Origin: Sphagnum compactum
Lineage: Eukaryota
NCBI GenBank assembly: GCA_965153455.1
Contig: OZ234494.1
Coordinates: 2,356,001 to 2,420,000 of the forward strand
DNA: 64,000 nt
Reading direction: 5' to 3'
Part shown: positions 42,189 to 53,500 of the stretch, one piece after another
Layout of the letters: the number at the start of each line of letters is the position of its first letter
Position numbering within the stretch: the first letter of the stretch is position 1
The notes under the pieces: model-generated
Database searches by the model: none
The model's input: the letters and a program-made list of their open reading frames with translations, nothing else
Told to the model about the DNA's origin: nothing
Position numbers and translations under genes: made by a program

Positions 42189-42529
42189 GGGTGGGTTTTT
42201 GCATTATGGCAACACATGTTTTTTTTTTTTTTTTGGCCGCCAATAGCAAATCATCAATAAGATGAATCAGCCAAAATTTGGCTATAGGCCAGAGAGGAAA
42301 GTAGAAATTAAAAAAAAAAAGAATCCAGCTCTATTTTGGCACTCCAACCTATTGCCAAAAATATGGAGATTTCAAAATAAAATTCCCTCAAAATCTGGTG
42401 ATTTGGCACAATTCTTTTCACAAGAATCCTTTGTATAACTCGCACTAGATTTGTAATTTAATTTAATTTAATTTAATTTCTTTGGCACACCAAGTGGCAA
42501 AAAATTAGTGGAAAATAATAAAAAAAACT

Positions 42530-43254
42530 CTGTATCCATGCTCTCAAAGTGTTTATGAAATCAAATTTCAAGTTGCTTTGTTTGCAAAGTGGGGTCTCAC
42601 CCAGATATATTATTAAATAAATAAATAAATAATATTTGGTTTCTTGGTTTTCCTTTTACTTGCATGGACATCCATCTCTCAAAGCAAAAGTATTATGAAA
42701 TTTCAGTTTCATTAAAGAAAAAAAACTAATTTCTTTATTTATTTATTTATTCCAGAATTAGTTTTTTTATTATTATTATTATTATTGGTCAGGTTTTGGT
42801 TTTGTTTGCAAAGTGGGGCTCACCCAGATTCTTATTTTAATTTATATTTAACTTATTTAATTTAGGGTTTTTGGTCCTTCTTTTATTTGCATGCATGCAT
42901 GTCTCAAAGCCCAGAAGTATTATGAAATTTCAAGGACTTTTGTTTTTGTTTTGTTTTGTTTTTTTTTTTTTTTTTGGTGGCAAAGTGGTGCTCATCACTT
43001 CTTCTTCTTCTTCTTTGTATGTTTGTGTTGATGGGTGTTTTTATGTTTTTGTTTTTGTTTTTTTTTTGTTTTTTGCAAAGTGGAGCTCTTTTACTTCTTC
43101 TTCTTCTTTGTATGTTTGTGTTTATGGGTGTTTTTTTTTTTTTGTGTTTTGTTTTGTTTTTCAAAGTGGAGCTCATCACTTCTTCTTCTTCTTCTTCTTT
43201 GTATGTATGTTTGTTTGTGTTACGGGTGTGGCCTACTTTTCTCTTTTTTTGGGT

Positions 43255-43293
<39 letters not shown>

Positions 43294-43440
43294 GAGAGAG
43301 AGAGAGATTTGTTCGTGTTATGGGTGTGGCCTACTTTTCTCTTTTTGTGGGTGGGAGAGAGAGAGAGAGAGAAAGAGGAGAGAGAGAGAGAGACAGAGAG
43401 AGAGAGTTGGCCAAAAGTCCACAATTTGTGGGTGGGACCT
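42530..43440. repeat. Composite array of serially duplicated modules plus (GA)n, (CTT)n and poly-T tracts upstream of the oxidase gene
   Basis: caaagtgg(..)ctc occurs 5 times (~42585, 42809, 42981, 43076, 43162). tctcaaag...tatgaaat occurs 3 times. (ctt)n-tttgtatgt occurs 3 times. gggtgtggcctacttttctctttt + (GA)n occurs twice (~43224, 43322). Confidence 0.85.
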
Positions 43441-43683
43441 TTGTGCAGCGAGATCCCCATCCAAGTATAACAATAATCTCACCAGAACTCTGTTTTAGGA
43501 GGGGTTGCACTGTAGCAGCAGCAGCATGGCAGCCAATAGGGGTTGTCTCTCACTTTTGTCTCTCTCTTATTTTGTCTTTTGGGTTTTTCTAGAATCTCTC
43601 TTAGCATTGGCCAGACAAAAGACAGAGACACAGAGAGAGAGTTGAGAGAAGGAGAGTTGAGACAGACTGTTTTTGAGAGTTGA

Positions 43684-43724
<41 letters not shown>

Positions 43725-43837
43725 GGAGTTTTTGTTGGTAATCTTTTTGTTATCTGGAAAAATTGTGGTGCTTAGGGGAAGCTTCTGAAGCTTTGAAGGT
43801 CTTTTGGAAATGAATAAGTGAGCTGTAGTCTGTGTCT

Positions 43838-43874
<37 letters not shown>

Positions 43875-44585
43875 TGGGTTTTGGGAAATTTGCTTCTTGA
43901 GTTTTGCTCTTCAGCAGCAGATGATATTGGGAGCTGCTTGCTTGTTGCTGTGACAGCTTTTGAAGGCATCCAGTAGAGTGTAAATTCACCACCCAGCAAC
44001 ACCCATCACCAAGTATTCTTAGACAAATCTAAAGGAGAATCATCATCATCATCAGCCATGCTTTTGTTCTTGCTTGATGATTGTTTCATCGGTCTTGCTT
44101 TGTTTGCTTTGTTTGCTTTGCTTATTGCCTCAAAAGTTTTTGGAGTTTCTGAAGTTCATACAAAAACCCCAGTATTGTGGAAGAACAAAAGAAAGAAAGA
44201 AAGAATTCTGGACCCTTTTTTCCAATTAGATTGTTCGTGCAATCCAATCAGATTCTACACTGAGATACGGTATGTTTCTGAGTCTTGTGAGAAAATTGTC
44301 AGAAACATATCTTGGTGCCAAATCCTTTTCTCTTCTTCTTCCAACATGGATTTGTTTTTTTTTCCCTGGTTGCTTTTTGTTGTTGTCGCAATTTTAGTGA
44401 CTAAAGAAGGAGAAGGAGGAGGACTTTGCGACTTTGTGTGTTTTTGGGATTTTTGTATGTAAGAGTTTTGTAATGTTATGTGTTTTTTGGGTGTGGGTGC
44501 TTGCAGGGGGGGGACTGCTCTATATGTGTGTGTGGTGTAGTGGTTTTGAAAAGCGTTTTGGGAGTGAGAGCTCAGGACAAACAAG

Positions 44586-47500
44586 ATGCCCAGTTACACG
44601 AAATCGCATGTGCAATTTGAGCTGAATGGGGAGCATGTGACAGTAGAAGAACCCGACCCAAAAGCTGTATTGGGAGATTACTTGCGCTTGGAAAGAGGTC
44701 TTACTGGCTTACAAATGCCATGCCGCCAAGGCGGATGTGGATCTTGTACTGTAATCCTGTCACCCATTCGATGCTCCTCCTCCTCCTCCTCCTCCTCCTC
44801 CTCAGGGAAGAAGAAGAATAAAGATGATGTCCATGTTGCTGCTGCAAATCATGCTGATGATGATGATGGTGGTGGTGGAGATGATGACGAGCCTTTGAAA
44901 CACAGACCTGTCAATGCTTGCTTATTGCCATTGTGTTCTGTTGATGGCAAGAGAGTGACAACAGTGGAAGGTATTGGCAGTACAAAGCATGGCCTTCATC
45001 CTGTCCAACAAGCAATTGTCACACATAATGGAACTCAATGTGGCTTCTGCACTCCAGGAATGGTACCTACTACTCCTACTCCCTCTACTACTACTACTAC
45101 TACTACTCTCCGGTAGGTAGGTCGCCGAAATTCCCGAAGCCTGAGAACTATGATATAACATTATGTCTCTAATTACTGACAATGACAATTTATTTTTCAG
45201 TGATTCAATTTGACACATGAAGGTTGTAGCTATTAATTTGACTTGGTTTGTGAAAACAGGTGATGAGCATGTATGGGTTGGTGGTCAATAATTCTCAGCC
45301 AACTGCCCAACAAGTTGAGGACCAGTTGGATGGCAATCTCTGCAGGTACCTAATGGGATTTTTTCTTTTTTCTTTTCCCTGCCCTGAGCAGTAGTACACA
45401 CTGAATAGAAACTCTGAGCAGAGTTCTCCAGCAGGTTGTGTTCCTGGGTAATGGATGTGGTGGGGTAGAGGGGATAGATACAAACTCATGTTCTTCTGGT
45501 TTTCATGGTGTTTAGGTGCACAGGATATCGACCAATTTTGGATGGGTTTCAAACATTTTCCAATTGTAACAAGAACAACAACAAGAGAATGTGCAATAAA
45601 AGTGGTGAGCAATGTGCATCCGGATGTGACAACAAAGGAGACATGGAAGAGCTTGGTAGCAAAAGGATGGAACGGTGGGAGCTCCCAGATGCAAGGTTGA
45701 TGGTCTCATCTGATGGGTTGAAGTGGATAAGAGCTGTCTCGTTGGATGAGCTCTATGCACTTTTGCAAACCACGAAGCATAAGGGTCGGACAATCAGGAT
45801 GGTGAGGGGGAATACGTCAAGCGGGATTTTTCCTCCTCCTGCTGTTGATGTGTTGGCAGATATCTCTCGCATCTCAAAGCTCATGGAGTTGTCTGTTCAA
45901 GAGAAGGGCATTTCAATTGGTGGTGCAGTCCCTATTACCGACTTCATGGTCTTGTTGGAGAGGAACCAAAGCCTTTCTCCGAGTTATGGTCCTCTTCTCA
46001 AACATCTCAAAAGAGTGAGTCTTTTATTTTTTGATTGTTGTTCTTCTCCAACCCATTTGAATGTTGATGGCTTGATTGGATGATTTCTGGGAGAAAGGTT
46101 TGAAATCCAATGCTGAAATCTGATGTTGAATTCAAGCAGCTGAAGTTCTTGACCACTCATTTATTTCTGTTTTTGAATGCAGGTGGCGCACAACCAAGTG
46201 CGTAACGTTGGAAGTGTTGCAGGGAATCTGATGTTGACACATGCACATGGTGAATTTGCATCCGATATCTCCACGATTTTGATGGCGGCTGAAGCCAAGT
46301 TACGAGTGGGCTTTGCATGGGAAAATGGAGACGAGCATGTGATCAGCTTGGAGCAATTCTTTAACTTGTCATTGGACGGTGCTGTCATTGTGGAGATCTT
46401 CATTCCTGCCATGAAAGCAAGTGCTCGGTTCTTCACATACAAAGTTGCATTGAGAAGAGTCAATGCACATGCATTGTGTAATGCGGGCTTCAAACTGGCA
46501 GTCAATTCCACAAAAGGTAAGGGAGACACACATGCACACGGTTTCAGGTTTAGGGTTTATTCTTTTTTGGGTGTGTTCAGATCGCACGCTTTGACTTACA
46601 TAACTGATGTCATTTTTTTGCTTTGATCATCACATTGTTGATGTTGTAACAAAAGTTTCAGGATTTCAAAAACAAAAGCTGAGCAATACATCCAACAAGT
46701 GCTTTTTCAGGTGTATTTGAGAGCAATTGTGTGATTGTCTATGGGGGAATCCGCCCATATCCACAACATGCCAGGAAGACAGAAGCATACCTTGCAGGCA
46801 AAAAGGTCTTCGACCCAAAGGTGCTACCCATTTGGAACCATAACTGAAACCCTAAACCCAAAAAACTCAATAGTCTTCGATGCATGCATTAGGTCTGAGA
46901 TGGCTACTGTCAGGCTCAGTGTAGTCTCTACTTCACTCAGAAACTTGGGTTTTGTAGTATTGAAATTCCATGCAGACAGAAATGGAGTCCCTGTGCATGT
47001 TTTTTGGCTACACATATTGTGAGGTAAGAGTTTAGGGTTTAGGGTTTAGGTAAGCCTTCAATGTGTTTTTGTTAAGAGATATAGTGCATCAGGTGAAAAA
47101 ACATTAATCAGGACTCGGATTGGGGGGCACAGGTATTTGCTGATGCTGTTCAAATTCTACAAAGGGAGTTAGTCGTGGACCCTGCGTTGGGTCGCACAGA
47201 GTATCGCACCAGGCTACTTGCTGCATTTTTTTACAAAGCGTTTCTCTCACTCTTCCCTCAAGACACAATTCCGCCACGCTTGCGTTCCTCAATTGTTGAG
47301 GTATGTAACATCAAAAAGATCATCTGACCATGGTGTCTTTTTTCCTGCTCTAAGTTCCGTGCTTCTTTTAAAGTCCATGGCTCTAAGTCCCTGAACCTTA
47401 ACTGTGAGATCTCCCCCTTTCATTTCACTTCTCTCTTAGATTTGATGCAGCATTCATCGGCTTGCCCATCAAATTGCATCAATCAAAAAGCATATTGGGT

Positions 47501-50500
47501 CTGGTGATTTTCAACCTTATAATTGCTTGGTTTTGGGTGTTCAAACTCTTATGATTTTGTCTCTTGGAAAACCACTAGTAAAGAAACATTAAGAAGTGTT
47601 ATTGTCGACCAAAAACATCATGAGTTTGTTCTTTTTTGTTGTGTTTGTGTTTTTAAATTGGAAAGCCCAGCTATAACTGATCTGAACTGATGGGTTTTTT
47701 GTTCCAGTATGTTCGGCCGGTTTCACAGGGTGAGATCAGTTTTGATGAGGTAATGTGTTCCAATTTCAAACTTACATGATTTGTTTCTGTATTTGCATCA
47801 GAAAAATTGAGCTTGTTGTTGTGGGTGTCAAAAAAGCTTTCATTGCATTCAAGCATTTAAGAAATAAAATAAAATGCAGAGGTTGTTTTGTTATCCTGTT
47901 GCGAGTTTTGGGGATGTGCAGTGATGCGGTGAATGAAAGGAAGATTTGCAAATTTTGGAGCTTGTATTTTTTAACTCTTGGATTGGTGGGGCGTTTGATG
48001 ATTTTTTTTTTTTTGTGTGCAGGGGGACCCATCAGAATACCCTGTGTCAAAACCAATTCCAAAGTTGTCAGCTGGCCTACAGGTTTGTTTTCCTCATCAC
48101 CATGTTTTGAGGTCAACTTGGGACACCAACACTTTTTCTTCTTTTGTAGGATGTACTGTCATGAGTTAATGACATGTTTTTTTGAGACACAGCACTGGTT
48201 TTGTATTTTCCTTAGATTTACATGAAGGACTGAATTACAGCTGTTGGGGTATCTCACAGTATCTTCAAAGAATTTTCATTTGTGTGAGAATCAGACATAT
48301 ACTACTTGTTCACAATTGTGTGGGCATTTAGGGTTTAGGGTTTTTCTGGGTTGCTTTTCTTGTTTTTTTGGGTCTGATCTGGTGGCAAATTTTGGGAACA
48401 GGCGACAGGAGAGGCACAATATCTGGATGACATGGTTGTTGGAGGCAGCTTGCATGCAACTTTTGTGCAAGCTACGGCTGCAAATGCTGCCTTAAAGTCA
48501 ATTGATCCTTCAAAAGCACTTGCAATGAAAGGCGTAATTACCTTCATATCAGCAGCTTCACTGAAAGCTAATAAGTATTGCAACTTAGTCAGGTACAACA
48601 CAACCTCACAAACCATTATAAGTAAAGATTATACGTAACATTTATTATACATAAGATTTGACTCTGTTCTTCACAACTTTGGAGTTCTTCAATAGACTAC
48701 CTAGTATTGTGCAGATTGCTGCAATTCATTTGCAAGGTATGAGTACCAATCATGCCTAGAAGACATTCCTTGTTGCAGTCCTTGAGGAAGAGTTTTGTCC
48801 AAAGGCTTTCTACATGTGGGCAGGTGCTGCTCTGATTGAAATTGGGGTTTTTTTTTGTAAAGAAAATTTATTATTATATTTCTTTTGTGTGTTTGAACAC
48901 AGTGAAGATGAGGAAGTTTTTGCATCAGAGCGAGTGCTCTATTATGGCCAAGCAGTTGGTCTTATTGTGGCAAACACAAAGGTGGCGATTTGAATTTTGC
49001 TTTGATGATTTCTCTTTTCCACATAAATGCAACTAAAACTCCCATGACTTGATTTATTTAAAAATAAAATGAAATAAACAAAGCTCCTGAACTTTTAGTG
49101 CTGCCTTGAAATTCAAACTACCCATTTTAGGTTTTGACGTAATGTGATGTGTTGTTTTAACATTGCATTTTCCTCAGGCTTTAGCTGATGAAGCGGCCAA
49201 ACTGGTGGTGGTGACTTACTCGGATGTGCAAAAACCCATCCTCACGTTTGAAGATGCCATTGCTGCAGACTCCTTTTATGAGAACCGCAGGGTAGATCTT
49301 CAGATTGGTGAGTACTCAATTTTGTTTACTGTGGAAAGTTGTAAAAGGGTATAATCTGCTGATTTTTCGGTATTCTAATAGAAGTGTTGTTCATGGGTGC
49401 AATCCTCTTGCACTGGACTGGATGCAGGTACTCCTGCGGTAGCCATGCAGTCTGCAGATGTTGTCATTGAGGGGCAGGTAAGTTTCACAGCTTCCATTGA
49501 TCTGGTCAACTCATTTTTTTTTCTGCTTTTGGAAATCTGCTGCTGCTAAGTGATGTATGGATTCCAAAAGGGTTTGTTGGGTGAAGTTTGTTTGTTTGTA
49601 TCTTCTGGTGGCTAAATTTGAAGGACAAAAGTTTGTGATTCCAAGAAACGGGTATTGTCAGAAACTTGTGGTTGGATTTTATTAGTGTTACAGGCACATG
49701 TCTAAGACATCTGTGGGATTTAGTTTTGCACTTTCAGGATTTTATATTGAATCGGAAAAGATTTGATTCAATTTTTGTAAGACTAGCACTAGAGTAAAGT
49801 GGGATGGCAAGAGTGAATCCAAATTGGGATCTTGAGAAGCAAAATGATGAAAGATGCAATTTGTTTTCTGACATTAAAGGGTTGGTGTGCAGGTGAGTTT
49901 GGGTCACCAGTATCACTTCCACCTGGAAACACAACGAGCAATATGCATTCCAGGAGAAGACAATTCGATGGATGTTTACTCCTCCACACAGAACCCGACC
50001 CAGGTAAAAATAATAGCAATAACATGCATAAAAACACATGATTACAAACCAAAAGCTTTAAATTGCAATTCCTCCTCCTGATAAATTTTTTGAAGCACAT
50101 CTTTGTATATATTAGGAACTGAATTAAATTGAGGGTTTTTTCATACTGCCAAATTTAAACTAAGACGTTTTTTCATTGCATGCTTTGGTAGGAATAATTT
50201 TTTTGTTTGTGATTCTTTCATTCTTTGTGTGTACTCCTCCTTTCATAAAATGGGTAGTTGGGTTGATTTGTGCAGGTGCAACATTGTGTTGGAGTTGGTC
50301 TTAATCGACCCCAACACAAAATCACCGTAAGTGAAAAATGTGCAAATGCTTTTTTTTTCCTTTCCCCTGTTGTTTTGTACTCAAAAGAAACTCTTGGAGA
50401 AAGTTTTCCACTGACAGCAGCATGATTTCTTTCACTTGTGCAACATCACATTTTCACTCAGAATATAATTATTCTGCTGTTTTGCAACTATCGCACATTG

Positions 50501-53500
50501 TTTTTTTTCCTTGTTGAAGAGTGGGACTTTCCCCATTAGTTTTTAGTTTTTTCTTTTTTTTCCCCATCTTCATGGAGAAAGGTGTGAGCTTTTTGGATGT
50601 GGACTTCACTTTTGGGTGCTACAGGTGCATGTGAAGAGGTTGGGTGGTGCATATGGATCAAAGCTTAACCGTGCAGTACCCATTGCCATGGCTTGTGCAT
50701 TGGCTGCTGACAAGCTTCAGAAGCCTGTCAAACTCATCCTTGACATAGGCACAAATATGCAGGTTTCAGAAATTTTTTTCCGACAATTAAACCCATACAT
50801 CTGAGAACTGCCCTTTGATTTTCCTTATCTCAAACTTATGATTTGTTACCTGCAAATGTTGGGACGTGCAGGGGATGCCCATTTCTGGAAAATCTGTTGA
50901 TGAAAATCCTAGAACCATCACTGTGATAAATATTGAATCGAAAATGAGAATTCTTTGTTGTTGAGGAGTGCAACGACATCTTTTTATCATGACAATGATG
51001 ATACAAGAGCTTTTGTAAAATGAAATGAATTTTGACCCAAAAAAAAAAAAAAAAACTTAATGAATGATGACAGGTTGTGGGTGGTCGAAGCCCGTATCGT
51101 TGTGACTATAAGATTGGTGTCATGAAGGATGGGCGTATTACATCATTGCAGTTGAGAATTCTCAACAACCATGTGAGTTTTTCCTTTTCTGTTTTGTTCA
51201 ATAAAAATCTGCCATCAAAGGGTAGCTAGGTAGCTAGCATCAAGCAAAAAATTAGCTTTGTGGGTGATGAGTTCATAGAAACCTTGCAAGAGGAATCATT
51301 ACCTTGGGCGTGGTTCCAAAAATCCTGTCTTTGTTGTGCATTGCTTCAAGGTGTCACCGACAACTCAATTCTACTCACAATAATACTTGGGTGTGTACAT
51401 GCATTTGATAGTTATTGTTTGTTTTTACATGAGTTGCACAGGGTTTCTTTTTTATTTTTTTGGTTTTTGTTTTCCGGCTTTGCAAAGTGCTGGTGTTTTA
51501 GGTTTTCTTAAAGGGATGAGCCGCCTTTTAATCATAATCACCTGAACATGTGTGACAGGGTGCACATTTTGACTTCGAGTACCCAATGCTGGAGGCTATT
51601 CCTGTGTTCATTGACAATGTGTATAATATTCCCAACTGGGATATTAAGGGGAAAGCCGCTCGCACAAATCTTCCCGCTTGCACTTGGATGCGTGGACCTG
51701 GTGAGAAAAGGCCAACCATTTATTCATGAACTCAAAAAAGCAGATTAAAAAAAAAATCTCCCAGAGCTTGCTTTCTTTCAGGGAAGGTAGGGAAGGAGGC
51801 AGGGAGGACCTGACCACAACTTCATAAATGCAAATCTTTTTTGTTGGAAATGGAATTGAGTTTTTTCTCATGATTTTTATCTTTTTTTCCCATGATACCT
51901 GACAGGTACTTTTTTTTCTTTTTCTTTTTGTGGGTATCGATTTCAGTATTCGTGGAGACTGTGTTCATGATGGAGACGATGGTGGAGCATGTTGCATCGG
52001 TCTTGGGTATGGCCCCAGACCTTGTGCGAGAAGTAAACATGTATAAGAAAGGCGACACCACATTGGCTGGACAATACTTGGAAGTTTGCAATGTAAAGGA
52101 GGTTTTAGATTCAATCAAGGTACATGACGCATGAGTACTAGTGTCAAAGACTCAAATGACACTTCTTGGAAGTCGAAGCAATTTTGTCAACCTTGAGCAG
52201 CATTGGGGTTTAGGGTTTGTGAAGCTGTAAACTGTTTGTTTGTTGCACTTGTGTTTCCACAGTGAGTGAGATAGAGAAAGGGTAAAGTTTTTGCTAATTG
52301 GAATTCATCTTCTTCCCATGATGATGCTGTATGTGCCAGGAGTCAAGTGGTTATGAAACTCGAGTGAAACAAGTTAAGGAATTCAATTCTTCAAACCAGT
52401 GGGTGAAGCGGGGAATATCACTTGTACCTGCGAAGTTCTCGGCTTCCTGGACAGCAATACAACATATTGCACTCGTGAACATTTATCCGGATGGTAGCAT
52501 AAGCATCCACCAATCAGGTTGTGAAATGGGACAAGGCCTTGATGTTAAAGTTGCTCAGGTAGGTGGTCCTGCTCCACAGCCATTTTGATGCAAAGCCAAT
52601 GCCCTCACCAAAATAATCCTTAATGTTAAAAAGAAGTCATTGATGGCACCTAGCTAGCTATCTCCTGCATATTCTTAAGCTATTAAGTTTTGTAATTTTT
52701 TTCTTCAATCTTCACCCATGAAGGTTGTCGTATTATCCATCTTTATCAATGAACTCTATATATATATATTATATATATATATGAATATGATGTTGGTTTT
52801 TATGTGAAGGTGGCGGCCTTGAGTTTGGGGAGCATAGTGGAAGGTGGATTGGATATGGCCAACATAAAAGTCCAGACCACAACAACTGTGATAGCAAATA
52901 ATGTTGGAGAATCTGGGGGCTCAGTTACATCAGAGCTTTGTGCAATGGCTGTCCAGGTTTGTAATATCCTCGCACTCTTTGTTTTTTTTCCTCTTTATCC
53001 TGATGGCTTTTTAGGTTCTTAGAATTCATGTTCCCTTCTTGTTGAAGACCCAAAAATACCCAGCTGCAAAAGCCCAACAAGAAAAACACAACCAAAAAAC
53101 CAACCACAAGATCCCAACCATCAAAACTGCAAAACCATGAAACCCCAACTACAAACCCACAACCAAAAACCGAAAGCCCAACAGCAAAACCCCAACTACA
53201 AAACTGCAACTGAAAACGCAACAGCACAACCCCAATTACAAAACCCAACTAAAGATTGCTTTTATTTTCGCACTATTGGGTTTGATGTAGGTTGCATGCA
53301 ACAAGCTCGTGGAACGGTTGCGTGTCACAAGCAGGATGTTAACAACGTTGTGCAGAAAGCCTAGTTGGCATGAGTTGATTGAAGCTGCTTTAACAAGTGG
53401 CATCGACCTCCAAGCACGGGGGCGTATTTATCCGGGGCCAAACCAAAATGGGCCTTTCCAGTAAATAAAGCTCCTTTCTTTTTGTGGAAGCAAACTGTTG

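Noticed and set aside
42871..43592. Three overlapping 180-199 aa ORFs
   Set aside because: They are translations of poly-T, (CTT)n and (GA)n repeats that are open in all frames, with no domain content.
48715..48736. Possible extra 22-nt exon (gcag|...aag|gtatga) in oxidase intron 9
   Set aside because: The flanking exons already join in phase and inclusion would frameshift. It cannot be supported without reads.
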